Origin: a virus
Direction: 5' to 3' (one strand)
Virus record (IMG/VR): IMGVR_UViG_3300006735_000022
Span: 1-64,000 of that record
Length of the DNA: 64,000 nucleotides
A program made the translations under genes and the position numbers. Below, piece by piece: positions 26,888 to 35,809 of this stretch; position 1 is the stretch's first letter, and each line of letters begins with the position of its first letter. The notes beneath the pieces are model-generated. The model searched no databases and was not told the origin of the DNA. It saw only the letters and a list, made by a program, of their open reading frames with translations.

Positions 26888-26921
26888 CATAAATATCTAA
26901 ACGACTAACCACGAGAAACAC

Positions 26922-27488
26922 ATGGCACTTTGGGGAGCATCGGACGCAGACGAATCTAAGCCAAAGAATTTGACTGCTACCGAGAAGAAAGAAGTTTATG
27001 CTACCGACGCAGGTTGGGTCCTTCGGGGTGGGTCTGCGCTGACTGGTTGTGACAATACTGATGCTACTCCTGAATTGCTCGTGGCAATCAGTGGTCTGTC
27101 CGTGTCCGTTGGTGCTGCTGACATCACTAACATTGATCTTCTGACTACCTCCTTCAGCAAGGCTGCTGGTGGTACGTTGTCTGTCCGTGTGACATTCAAC
27201 GAAGAAGTCGATGTTACTGGTACACCTCAACTCGAACTTGACAACGATACCAATAGCAACCACACCCTGTCTTACGCCTCTGGTACAGGTACCTATCGTC
27301 TCCTGTTCACGCTTGCCCTCGGTGCTGGTGCTGCTGCAACGGATGCAGATGACGTTCTCTCCGTTGGCGCTGATGCTATTTCCTTGAACGGTGGCACAAT
27401 CAAGGACAAAGGTACTAACACTACCTCTACTATCACTAACTCCGCCGCTATTGGTACTGCTGCAGGGTCACTTACCGTTGCTGCATGA
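26922..27488 (+). CDS. probable virion structural protein, Ig-like beta-rich
   Basis: MALWG start, VTFNEEVDVTGTPQL, YASGTGT; ATAAATA at 26889-26895. Confidence 0.65.
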   Translation: MALWGASDADESKPKNLTATEKKEVYATDAGWVLRGGSALTGCDNTDATPELLVAISGLSVSVGAADITNIDLLTTSFSKAAGGTLSVRVTFNEEVDVTGTPQLELDNDTNSNHTLSYASGTGTYRLLFTLALGAGAAATDADDVLSVGADAISLNGGTIKDKGTNTTSTITNSAAIGTAAGSLTVAA

Positions 27489-27495
27489 TTACTAA

Positions 27496-27870
27496 ATGCG
27501 ATTTGATGAACTAAATGATGATAACTATTTGTTATTTGCCATAAAATATTACGAAAATCCTCTTGCGGCAACAATGGAGGATTTTCAAAACGATATGAGG
27601 CGATTCAAATATATCAAAAGGTTATTGAAGAAGTATCAAACTCAAGGTGGTGAACTAAAGTATCATCTAATCTTGAATCACTTGATCATTTGCTTCAACA
27701 TCTTTGATGAAGGTGCTGTTCCCTTGTTATTCTACAAAATTGATCAGGAATACTGGTCAATGCTCAAGACATTTCTGCTTTTCCTGAACAGAATTCCAGA
27801 GTATCCTAAGTCTGGATTGGATGATCTACCAATCGATCAGGAAGTATACGACATTCTGAACACAATCTAA
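27496..27870 (+). CDS. conserved T4-like phage hypothetical protein
   Basis: FAIKYYENP, RFKYIKRLL, LILNHLII. Confidence 0.7.
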   Translation: MRFDELNDDNYLLFAIKYYENPLAATMEDFQNDMRRFKYIKRLLKKYQTQGGELKYHLILNHLIICFNIFDEGAVPLLFYKIDQEYWSMLKTFLLFLNRIPEYPKSGLDDLPIDQEVYDILNTI

Positions 27871-28052
27871 TGGATGATTCTAAGTTAGAACGTATACTAA
27901 ATATTATCCGAGAGGATGTTCCCACGAATAGTATTTCGGGGGGAAAGATTGCAGGTTCTGAGGAAGCAGGTGATGATCCTCCGGTAAGGAGAAAGAAAAA
28001 AAAGTATGCTTACCTTGGTCCCCGTTCACGTAAGACCTGGATGCCAAAGTGA
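27870..28052 (+). CDS. small basic hypothetical protein
   Basis: IIREDVPTNS...DDPPVRRKKKK. Confidence 0.55.
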   Translation: MDDSKLERILNIIREDVPTNSISGGKIAGSEEAGDDPPVRRKKKKYAYLGPRSRKTWMPK

Positions 28053-28429
28053 TCAACGATCAGGTAAACACAGCCATACTTGAGAGACTGGAAAAAGTTG
28101 TAGAGTCACTTCAGGATAACTCCGTGAAGATGGGTCAACTTCTTGCTGTTCATAATGAAAAATTAGATAAACAAGATAGAATTGATGCAGTCCTCTTTGA
28201 TAAAGTGGAGGAACTGCGAACTGAATTTCATGCTGAAGCAGATATTATAAAGAAGGGGTGTGAGCGAGACATACGCCTCATTGATGTTCGCTTGAGAACT
28301 TTAGAAAAGAAAATGTGGAGTATTGCAGGATCGCTAGCAGTGATCAGTGTCCTGGTATCTCCTATAGGTCAGAGAATGGTGGGAGCTTTGACTGGACAGA
28401 CCTCTAGTGCTATAGTGAACCCGAAGTAA
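28049..28429 (+). CDS. coiled-coil protein with C-terminal TM helix
   Basis: LLAVHNEKL, RLRTLEKKMW followed by a hydrophobic segment. Confidence 0.6.
   Translation: MINDQVNTAILERLEKVVESLQDNSVKMGQLLAVHNEKLDKQDRIDAVLFDKVEELRTEFHAEADIIKKGCERDIRLIDVRLRTLEKKMWSIAGSLAVISVLVSPIGQRMVGALTGQTSSAIVNPK
28388..28416 (+). promoter_or_regulatory. sigma70-type promoter for primase
   Basis: TTGACT-N17-TATAGT with extended TG. Confidence 0.65.
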
Positions 28430-28440
28430 CTCTAAGCACC

Positions 28441-29412
28441 GTGCTACACATCGACAGCAAGTATATCGCGTTGGTGTCTGCTCGCTTGAAGAAGTTCAAG
28501 AAGACTAAGGACGACCTGTATACATTCAGGTGTCCTTATTGTGGCGACTCCAAGAAGAATAAGAATAAGACTAGGGGATACCTCTACAAGATAAAGACCG
28601 ACTTCAACTTCAAGTGTCATAACTGTGGTGAGTCAAGGTCTTTTACATACTTCCTGAAGCACATGGACTCCAGGTTATATGATCAGTATGTGATGGAAAG
28701 GTATAAGCAAGGCATCACAGGTATAGCATCAAATACACCTGATCCTGTCTACACTGGTAGGAAACCGGTATTCAAAAGGAAATTAGATCTACCTAAAGCG
28801 TCAGAGAATGCCACAGCAGTAGCGTATTTGACCAAACGTTCTTTGGATCCTGACAAATATTTCTACGCTGAAAATTTTCAAAGATTTTGTAATACATTCA
28901 AACCAACGTATGAAAAAATCTATAAAGATCATGCAAGAATTATCATTCCAATGTATGATGTAGACAAGAAACTTATTGGGTTTCAGGGGAGGGCGTTGGA
29001 CAGCAATGTACAACCTAAATATCTCACCATGATGCTCGATGAGGACCATCCTAAAGTATATGGCTTAGAAAAAATTGACAAAGAAAAGACTGTATTCGTT
29101 ACAGAGGGACCGTTCGACTCCGACTTCCTTGCCAATGCTATTGCTATGTGTGGTAGCGATGTTGACCTTAGCAGTATGGATTATAGATTCGTATTCGTAT
29201 ACGACAACGAGCCCCGTTCCAGGGAAATCGTCTCTAAAATTACTAAGACCATCGACAAAGCCTTACCGGTGGTAATCTTCCCCTCAAATGTGCATGAAAA
29301 AGATCTGAACGACATGGTTCTCGCTGGACACGATGTCCAAAACCTGATAGAATCTAATACTTACAAAGGATTAGAAGCAAAACTAAAACTTCAAACGTGG
29401 AAAAGAGTATGA
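28441..29412 (+). CDS. gp61: DNA primase
   Basis: CPYCGDS...CHNCG zinc finger, EGPFDS, DNEPR, KDLND. Confidence 0.95.
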   Translation: MLHIDSKYIALVSARLKKFKKTKDDLYTFRCPYCGDSKKNKNKTRGYLYKIKTDFNFKCHNCGESRSFTYFLKHMDSRLYDQYVMERYKQGITGIASNTPDPVYTGRKPVFKRKLDLPKASENATAVAYLTKRSLDPDKYFYAENFQRFCNTFKPTYEKIYKDHARIIIPMYDVDKKLIGFQGRALDSNVQPKYLTMMLDEDHPKVYGLEKIDKEKTVFVTEGPFDSDFLANAIAMCGSDVDLSSMDYRFVFVYDNEPRSREIVSKITKTIDKALPVVIFPSNVHEKDLNDMVLAGHDVQNLIESNTYKGLEAKLKLQTWKRV

Positions 29413-31730
29413 CGAACGGTACAAAGGTGGTCAAGCGTAATGGTTCTATTGAACCTCTTGATCTTGATAAGATGCACATTATGGTAGAACGTGCATGTGA
29501 AAACCTTGCAGGTGTATCTGCTTCTCAAGTAGAGATCCAATCAGGCATCCAGTTTTTTGATGGTATCACAACAGCAGAGATTCAGGAGATTCTGATCAAG
29601 TCTGCTAGTGATTTGATTGATCTTGATCACCCCAACTATCAGTTCGTCGCTGCTAGATTGCTATTGTTTAGTGTTCGTAAGCAACTGTATGGTCTTATTG
29701 AGGACATCCCACCACTATCAGAGCACATCAATGATTGTATTGAGCGTGGTGTATATGATTCCGGCATCCTAGATAAGTACAGTGAAGAAGAAATTGCTAC
29801 GCTGAGTGGTTATATTGAACACTCACGTGATTATTTGTTTACGTTTGCTGGTCTCCGTCAGGTTGTTGATAAGTATCTTGTACAAGATAGAAGCAACGGG
29901 ATGGTCTTTGAGACCCCGCAGCAGATGTATATGATGATTGCTGCAACTCTGTTTGCTAATTATCCCCAAGAGAATCGCCTGTCATATGTCAAACGATACT
30001 ACGACGCAATCTCCCGACACCGAATCAACATCCCAACGCCAATCATGGCAGGAGTGCGAACGCCCCTTAGACAGTTTGCTTCTTGTGTCCTTGTTGATAT
30101 TGATGACACCCTCGATAGCATCTTTAGCAGCGATATGGCTATTGGTAAATATGTTGCACAGAGGGCGGGTATCGGCATCAACGCGGGTGCAATCCGTGGC
30201 ATCAACAGTAAGATCCGAGGCGGAGAGGTTCAACACACAGGTGTGGTCCCCTTCCTCAAAAAGTTTGAATCAACTGTACGATGCTGCACACAAAACGGTG
30301 TCCGAGGTGGGTCAGCGACTGTCCACTTTCCAATCTGGCACCAAGAGATAGAGGACATCATTGTCCTGAAGAACAATAAAGGTACAGAAGATAATCGTGT
30401 CCGGAAACTGGACTACTCTATCCAGTTCAGCAAACTATTCTACGAACGGTTTATCAAGAACGAAACGATTTCATTGTTCAGTCCTCATGTTGTTGAGGGT
30501 CTGTTTGATGCATTTGGCACGGATGAGTTTGATCAACTTTATGTACACTACGAGCAAGATGAGTCCATTCCACGGACTACTATCAATGCACAAGATCTTA
30601 TCCTTGCAATCCTAAAGGAAAGGGCAGAGACTGGTCGTATTTACATCATGAATATCGACCACTGTAATACCCATTCCTCGTTCACTGACAAGGTGTCGAT
30701 GAGTAACCTGTGTCAGGAGATTACCCTGCCCACAGACCCCATCCAGCACATCGATGGAGCGGGTGAAATCGCCTTGTGCATCCTGTCTGCTATCAACGTG
30801 GGTAAGGTGAGGTCTGACGAGGAACTGGAGGACTTGTGTGAGTTGTCTGTCCGTGGTTTGGATGAACTGATCGAGTATCAGGAGTATCCTGTCAAGGCAG
30901 CAGAGATCAGCACAAAAGCACGTCGCTCACTGGGTGTTGGGTTCATTGGTCTGGCACACTACCTTGCTAAACTTGGTTACAACTATGACAGTCAAGAGGC
31001 ATGGGATGCAGTTCACCAACTGACTGAATCTTTCCAGTATTATCTTCTCAAAGCATCCAACAAACTGGCACAGGAGAGGGGTGCATGTGAATACTTCTCT
31101 AGAACTAAATATTCTCACGGTCAACTTCCGATAGACCATTACAAGCGAGACGTTGACGAGATCACAACTGCTGAGTTGCAACATGATTGGGATAGTCTTA
31201 GGTCATCTATCTCCGAGCATGGACTACGGCACAGCACACTGTCCGCACAAATGCCTTCGGAGAGCAGTTCCGTTGTGTCAAATGCCACAAACGGAATTGA
31301 ACCACCCCGTGACTTCTTGTCCATCAAGAAGTCGAAGAAAGGTCCACTCAAGCAAGTGGTCCCACAATACCAACGATTGAAGAATAATTACACGTTGCTC
31401 TGGGAGATGAAAGGCAACCGAGGATACATCAATGTAGTCTCGGTCATGCAAAAATTCTTCGACCAAGCAATCTCTGGTAACTGGTCTTACAACCCTATCG
31501 ATTACGACAACAACGAAGTACCCGTGTCCGTCATGGCGAACGATTTGTTGACAACATACAAATACGGTTGGAAAACTAGTTACTACCAGAATACTAATGA
31601 CCTCAAGTCGGACGAGATGGAAGAACCGGCACACTCCATTGGATGGAAAGATGATGTACCTGAAAAGGATGCACTCATCGCCTCTATTCAAAACGAAGAC
31701 GAAGAAGCCTGCGAATCCTGTGCAATTTAG
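29409..31730 (+). CDS. nrdA: ribonucleotide reductase class Ia alpha subunit
   Basis: ATP cone VVKRNG, QFASC, SNLCQEI, C-terminal CESCAI. Confidence 0.98.
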   Translation: MTNGTKVVKRNGSIEPLDLDKMHIMVERACENLAGVSASQVEIQSGIQFFDGITTAEIQEILIKSASDLIDLDHPNYQFVAARLLLFSVRKQLYGLIEDIPPLSEHINDCIERGVYDSGILDKYSEEEIATLSGYIEHSRDYLFTFAGLRQVVDKYLVQDRSNGMVFETPQQMYMMIAATLFANYPQENRLSYVKRYYDAISRHRINIPTPIMAGVRTPLRQFASCVLVDIDDTLDSIFSSDMAIGKYVAQRAGIGINAGAIRGINSKIRGGEVQHTGVVPFLKKFESTVRCCTQNGVRGGSATVHFPIWHQEIEDIIVLKNNKGTEDNRVRKLDYSIQFSKLFYERFIKNETISLFSPHVVEGLFDAFGTDEFDQLYVHYEQDESIPRTTINAQDLILAILKERAETGRIYIMNIDHCNTHSSFTDKVSMSNLCQEITLPTDPIQHIDGAGEIALCILSAINVGKVRSDEELEDLCELSVRGLDELIEYQEYPVKAAEISTKARRSLGVGFIGLAHYLAKLGYNYDSQEAWDAVHQLTESFQYYLLKASNKLAQERGACEYFSRTKYSHGQLPIDHYKRDVDEITTAELQHDWDSLRSSISEHGLRHSTLSAQMPSESSSVVSNATNGIEPPRDFLSIKKSKKGPLKQVVPQYQRLKNNYTLLWEMKGNRGYINVVSVMQKFFDQAISGNWSYNPIDYDNNEVPVSVMANDLLTTYKYGWKTSYYQNTNDLKSDEMEEPAHSIGWKDDVPEKDALIASIQNEDEEACESCAI

Positions 31731-32895
31731 AAAAAGCGCCTCCAATGATATGTCTGTAAAAGGCATGACGGTGTTCAATGACACTCGCGTTGACACCAAA
31801 ACACAACCTATGTTCTTTGGGGCACCCCTTGGTGTCCAACGCTACGATTCATATAAGTATCCACAGTTTGAAAAACTGACCAATCAGATGCTTGGATACT
31901 TCTGGCGTCCAGAAGAGGTGTCTCTTCAAAAAGATCGTGGAGACTATAAGACTCTACGTCCTGAGCAGAAGCACATCTTTACTTCTAATTTGAAGTATCA
32001 GATCCTCCTTGATTCTGTGCAGGGTCGTGGTCCTGGTATGGCATTCTCCCCATACTGTGCTCTTCCTGAACTGGAAGGTGCAATGAACGTGTGGCAGTTT
32101 ATGGAGATGATCCACTCACGTTCTTACACATACATTATCAAGAACGTGTATCCTGACCCTGCTGAGGTCTTTGATACTATTCTTGATGACGAACGTATCT
32201 TGGCACGTGCTAAGAGTGTCACCAGAGCGTACGATGAGTTCCTGCATGTCGCAAACGAGTGGGGTGCTGGTAGTATGTGGACAGCAGACTATGCTGATTC
32301 TCCTACCGCTGTCTACACCCGTAAGGAACTGAAGCGTCGTCTGTATCTGGCAGTATCAAACGTCAATATCCTTGAGGGCATTCGTTTCTATGTGTCCTTT
32401 GCATGTTCGTTTGCCTTTGGTGAACTGAAACTGATGGAAGGATCTGCTAAGATCATCTCTCTGATTGCACGTGATGAGAACCTGCACACTGTGTTGACTC
32501 AGCAGATCATCAAAGCCTGGCAAAAGGGTGATGATCCTGAGATGGTAGAGATCGTCAAGGAGGAAGAGCAGACTGTCATCGATATGTTTGCTCAGGCAGT
32601 GGACGAAGAGAAAGAGTGGGCACAGTATCTGTTCAAAGATGGAAGCATGATCGGTCTCAATGACAAACTCCTCGTCAAGTATGTGGAGTGGATCGCTAAC
32701 AAGCGTATGAGAGCGATTGGTTTGACCCCTCTGTATGACGCTCCAGTGCACAACAACCCACTTCCCTGGACCGAGCACTGGATCTCCTCTAAAGGTCTCC
32801 AGGTCGCCCCACAGGAGACGGAAGTGGAGTCCTACGTGGTTGGTGGTATCAAACAGGATGTGAAGAAGGATTCGTTCAGTGGATTCCAGTTGTAA
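31720..32895 (+). CDS. nrdB: ribonucleotide reductase class Ia beta subunit
   Basis: FWRPEEV, EMIHSRSY, EGIRFYVSF, RDENLH; start GTG 31720 or ATG 31750. Confidence 0.97.
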   Translation: MQFRKSASNDMSVKGMTVFNDTRVDTKTQPMFFGAPLGVQRYDSYKYPQFEKLTNQMLGYFWRPEEVSLQKDRGDYKTLRPEQKHIFTSNLKYQILLDSVQGRGPGMAFSPYCALPELEGAMNVWQFMEMIHSRSYTYIIKNVYPDPAEVFDTILDDERILARAKSVTRAYDEFLHVANEWGAGSMWTADYADSPTAVYTRKELKRRLYLAVSNVNILEGIRFYVSFACSFAFGELKLMEGSAKIISLIARDENLHTVLTQQIIKAWQKGDDPEMVEIVKEEEQTVIDMFAQAVDEEKEWAQYLFKDGSMIGLNDKLLVKYVEWIANKRMRAIGLTPLYDAPVHNNPLPWTEHWISSKGLQVAPQETEVESYVVGGIKQDVKKDSFSGFQL

Positions 32896-33088
32896 AGAGT
32901 TCTATGACTTCGGTGGGCGACCTGTAGAGTGCCAATATCTTCTTTTACTCATCAGTGAGATGGAGGGTACATACCAACATCTCAAATTCATGGGATTCAA
33001 AGAAGATATGGAGACTCTAGAGGAGATGAAGAAGAGGTATTATAAACTCTACTTCAAAACTCTGAAGGAGGAGAAGGCAAAAGCATGA
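32879..33088 (+). CDS. hypothetical protein
   Basis: packed ORF after nrdB. Confidence 0.5.
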   Translation: MDSSCKEFYDFGGRPVECQYLLLLISEMEGTYQHLKFMGFKEDMETLEEMKKRYYKLYFKTLKEEKAKA

Positions 33089-33154
33089 ACCTTTGCAACG
33101 AAAATGGGTTTGCCCTTGTGTGGTAAGATAATATAGATTGTACGGGAAACCAAA

Positions 33155-33322
33155 ATGTATTTTCTAGCAAATCCACCAGTCTATTTCCTGCCTGGTACAT
33201 GGGAGACCGTGCATACCAGCATATATGATCCAGTATTTGGTTTGCTCTCCTTCATGTTGGTCGTTGCATCTGCAACTCTAGTGTCATCACTAGCAATGAA
33301 GAGGTCAAGAAAAAGAGTTTAG
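33155..33322 (+). CDS. 55-aa single-TM microprotein (not in ORF track)
   Basis: MYFLANPPVYFLPGTWE...TM...KRSRKRV. Confidence 0.6.
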   Translation: MYFLANPPVYFLPGTWETVHTSIYDPVFGLLSFMLVVASATLVSSLAMKRSRKRV

Positions 33323-33323
33323 T

Positions 33324-33470
33324 ATGAACACTACATTGACTGTACATGATGATGGTGTGCTTACATTCCCTCCTGAATTCCTAGAAAAAGTTGGATGGCA
33401 GGAGGGAGATGTGTTAGAATGGATAGATAACCATGACGGTTCTTGGACTTTGACTAAGAATAATGACTGA
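33324..33470 (+). CDS. AbrB/MazE-like small protein (not in ORF track)
   Basis: DGVLTFPPEFLEKVGWQEGDVLEWID. Confidence 0.7.
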   Translation: MNTTLTVHDDGVLTFPPEFLEKVGWQEGDVLEWIDNHDGSWTLTKNND

Positions 33471-33675
33471 ATGGAGAGAAGAGTATAAGCAGTTCACTAG
33501 TAATAAAAAAGAACTTGAATTACTAGAGAACGGACCAAAAAGTCTTGCACAGTCATGGCACTTGCAAGCAATGTATAATCAGTGGAAGAAGATCAAGGGT
33601 ATAAAGGATCCTGAACCACCTGATTGCCAAAGTAGCATGAGGGAATGGGAACAATCAATCAAGAAGTATCAATAG
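33463..33675 (+). CDS. hypothetical protein
   Basis: packed ORF; EPPDCQSS. Confidence 0.55.
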   Translation: MTEWREEYKQFTSNKKELELLENGPKSLAQSWHLQAMYNQWKKIKGIKDPEPPDCQSSMREWEQSIKKYQ

Positions 33676-33677
33676 AA

Positions 33678-34382
33678 ATGAAATTTTATTTTGACGGCGA
33701 CTCATTTACCTATGGTGGAGGTTTAGAACGCCTAGCCGTAAGGCGAGAAGATTATAGGTGGTCTAAGTTAGTATGTGATCACTTCGGAGCTGAGGAAGTA
33801 AACCTATCATATGGTGGTGCTTGTAATGAAAAAATTATGAGGCACCTGTTTACTAAACCACCTACTGAGGTTTATGATTTCTACTTTCTTCAAACTACCG
33901 TTCCTATTAGGAATGAGTTTTATGATAAGAAAAAGAAGAGGTGGACAGGATATTCACATGAACGTGATAAGCATGGTAGTGTTTATGACAGATGCATATT
34001 CAGATGGGGAGATGTAGAGGGACCTCGGTTTGCTGAGTGGATAAACTTTGGACTTAGTAGGGTTTACTCTGATGAATATGGAAGGGCTAAAGAGAGTGTT
34101 ACACTCAACGCAATGAAAGCATACGTTGCATCTGTGGGACGATCAAACAGATCTTTTTTTAGCACACTACTAAAACCTATAGAGACTGACAACAAATATG
34201 ACATGTACTTCAAAGGTACACACGATGCTGAACGTGGTGAAACTGAATGGCCTCCAGGACTATTCCGTTATGATAAAATACCCAACGATGGACATCCTTC
34301 TATAGAAGGTCATAAGACCATAGCAAAATATGTTATAGATATTGTAAGTGACAGATTACGTAATGAGGGTTCAGTCTGCTAA
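33678..34382 (+). CDS. SGNH/GDSL hydrolase-like protein
   Basis: FDGDSFTYG, NLSYGG, DGHPSIEGH. Confidence 0.7.
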   Translation: MKFYFDGDSFTYGGGLERLAVRREDYRWSKLVCDHFGAEEVNLSYGGACNEKIMRHLFTKPPTEVYDFYFLQTTVPIRNEFYDKKKKRWTGYSHERDKHGSVYDRCIFRWGDVEGPRFAEWINFGLSRVYSDEYGRAKESVTLNAMKAYVASVGRSNRSFFSTLLKPIETDNKYDMYFKGTHDAERGETEWPPGLFRYDKIPNDGHPSIEGHKTIAKYVIDIVSDRLRNEGSVC

Positions 34383-34698
34383 GGCAAAGGGTAGGAGACT
34401 ACAGCAGTGGGTAAGAACTAAACTTATAGAAATGTTAGAGGTTCACCCTGAGGATGTAGAGTCTAGATCAATGGGTGCAGGTGGTGAGGATATCATCATG
34501 GCACGTGCAGCTAGACAAAAGTTTCCTTTCAGTGTAGAATGCAAGAACACAGAGAGACTAAACGTTTGGGATGCATACGACCAAGCGTGTGCTAACTCTG
34601 GTGATTACGAACCAATTCTCTTCATAAAAAAGAATGGCAGACGACCTCTCGTTGTCCTCGATGCGGAAAGCTTTATTGGATCCCAGCGACATGAATGA
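34363..34698 (+). CDS. PD-(D/E)xK nuclease, Holliday-junction-resolvase-like
   Basis: SAKAKGRRLQ, GEDI, VECKN. Confidence 0.75.
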   Translation: MRVQSAKAKGRRLQQWVRTKLIEMLEVHPEDVESRSMGAGGEDIIMARAARQKFPFSVECKNTERLNVWDAYDQACANSGDYEPILFIKKNGRRPLVVLDAESFIGSQRHE

Positions 34699-34927
34699 CT
34701 GGAGATACTCTGAAGAGCGTATGCAACTTCGTGCTGAAGTATTTCGTGCGTTGTCTCATCACCTAAATGATCATTGCAGACTTGTATATGAGTTTTGTCA
34801 TGACTGGGTGAGTCAGGGTAACAAAACAACCATTGGAGTTGAACAAAGATTCCAAGAGTTCATTCGTAATCGTGCCGAAACTTTGTACACACTAACCCCC
34901 ATGGAGGAACATGCAGAAAATTCTTAG
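34691..34927 (+). CDS. hypothetical protein
   Basis: MNDWRYSEERMQLR...YEFCHDWV. Confidence 0.6.
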   Translation: MNDWRYSEERMQLRAEVFRALSHHLNDHCRLVYEFCHDWVSQGNKTTIGVEQRFQEFIRNRAETLYTLTPMEEHAENS

Positions 34928-35150
34928 TCTCATGTCCATCTTTTCATTCGTAACTAGCGTAGGTGTAGTTGGCACTGCTGGTTATGTGTATGTAAACCAA
35001 GACAAAATCAAAGAGAACATCAAAGAGCAGGTCACCAAAGGCGTTCAAGATGCTGTCGTAAGTAAATTCAATACACCTGCTCTGCCTAAAGCGACTGGTG
35101 GTGTGCTTCCTGCCATGCCTAAGGTCACTGGAGGAGCTATTCCATTCTAA
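34911..35150 (+). CDS. small membrane-anchored protein with Pro-rich tail
   Basis: N-terminal TM; PALPKATGG repeated twice. Confidence 0.65.
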   Translation: MQKILSLMSIFSFVTSVGVVGTAGYVYVNQDKIKENIKEQVTKGVQDAVVSKFNTPALPKATGGVLPAMPKVTGGAIPF

Positions 35151-35174
35151 ATACAGCCAGCTATATCCTGGCGT

Positions 35175-35681
35175 ATGACTGATAAGACACCAGATTCTCC
35201 TCCAGAAAAGGAGGAGAAACGAGGTTTGTTTGGTTTAGGTAAGAAGAAACCTGAGACTAAACTAGATAAGGATAAGAAAAAGGAAGAAGAGGATAAAGAT
35301 CCTGATGAAAGAATGGCAGCGTTGTCTACGCTGGTTCGTCTAGGTATCTTGATTTGGTCAGGTGGTATTCTCACACTGGCATACGTCGATCTTCCAAAGG
35401 CACTCAATTTTCCTAAGCAGGATCTCGATCCGACTTTCATAGCCTCGGTCTTCACTGGGGTTTTAGCTACGTTCGGGGTTCAAACTGCTAAGAAAGGTGC
35501 CATGGCTAATGGTGGTGGTGGCATCACCAAGGCAGATATGGAACGTCTTATCGCTGCTGCAGCACAAACAGCACCTGCACAAACCATTCGTATTGAACAA
35601 GCTCCGTTGACAATCGGAACTCAACCTCCTAATGTATCAGAAGATGGTGCCCCTCCCGTTGTGCCCCCTAAAAAATCGTGA
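35175..35681 (+). CDS. two-TM membrane protein
   Basis: LVRLGILIWSGGILTL, DPTFIASVFTGVLATFGV; CTAAATA at 35147-35153. Confidence 0.65.
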   Translation: MTDKTPDSPPEKEEKRGLFGLGKKKPETKLDKDKKKEEEDKDPDERMAALSTLVRLGILIWSGGILTLAYVDLPKALNFPKQDLDPTFIASVFTGVLATFGVQTAKKGAMANGGGGITKADMERLIAAAAQTAPAQTIRIEQAPLTIGTQPPNVSEDGAPPVVPPKKS

Positions 35682-35809
35682 CTTTCGCTGATGTCCTTCT
35701 TTGGACAGCAATACCCTTTGTTCTATCCACAATATATTTCGGGATACGAAAGGGTCATAATAACTACTACGACTCAGAAGATTATGATGGAAATGGAACG
35801 GCTCACTAG
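35678..35809 (+). CDS. ndhP: NdhP-like NDH-1 subunit, 43 aa (not in ORF track)
   Basis: MTFADVLLWTAIPFVLSTIYFGIRKGHNNYYDSEDYDGNGTAH matches the NdhP C-terminus FGx(R/K)xG..YDxxxYxGNGxAH. Confidence 0.8.
   Translation: MTFADVLLWTAIPFVLSTIYFGIRKGHNNYYDSEDYDGNGTAH

Noticed and set aside
11444-32895. Inteins or introns in gp43, gp41, nrdA or nrdB
   Set aside because: All have normal lengths and contiguous motifs.
35691-35783. Long N-terminal extension of zwf given by the ORF track (similar extensions for gp45, gp44, hsp20, nrdB and psbA)
   Set aside because: The extensions overlap other genes or leaders (here ndhP), and downstream starts match the family N-termini.
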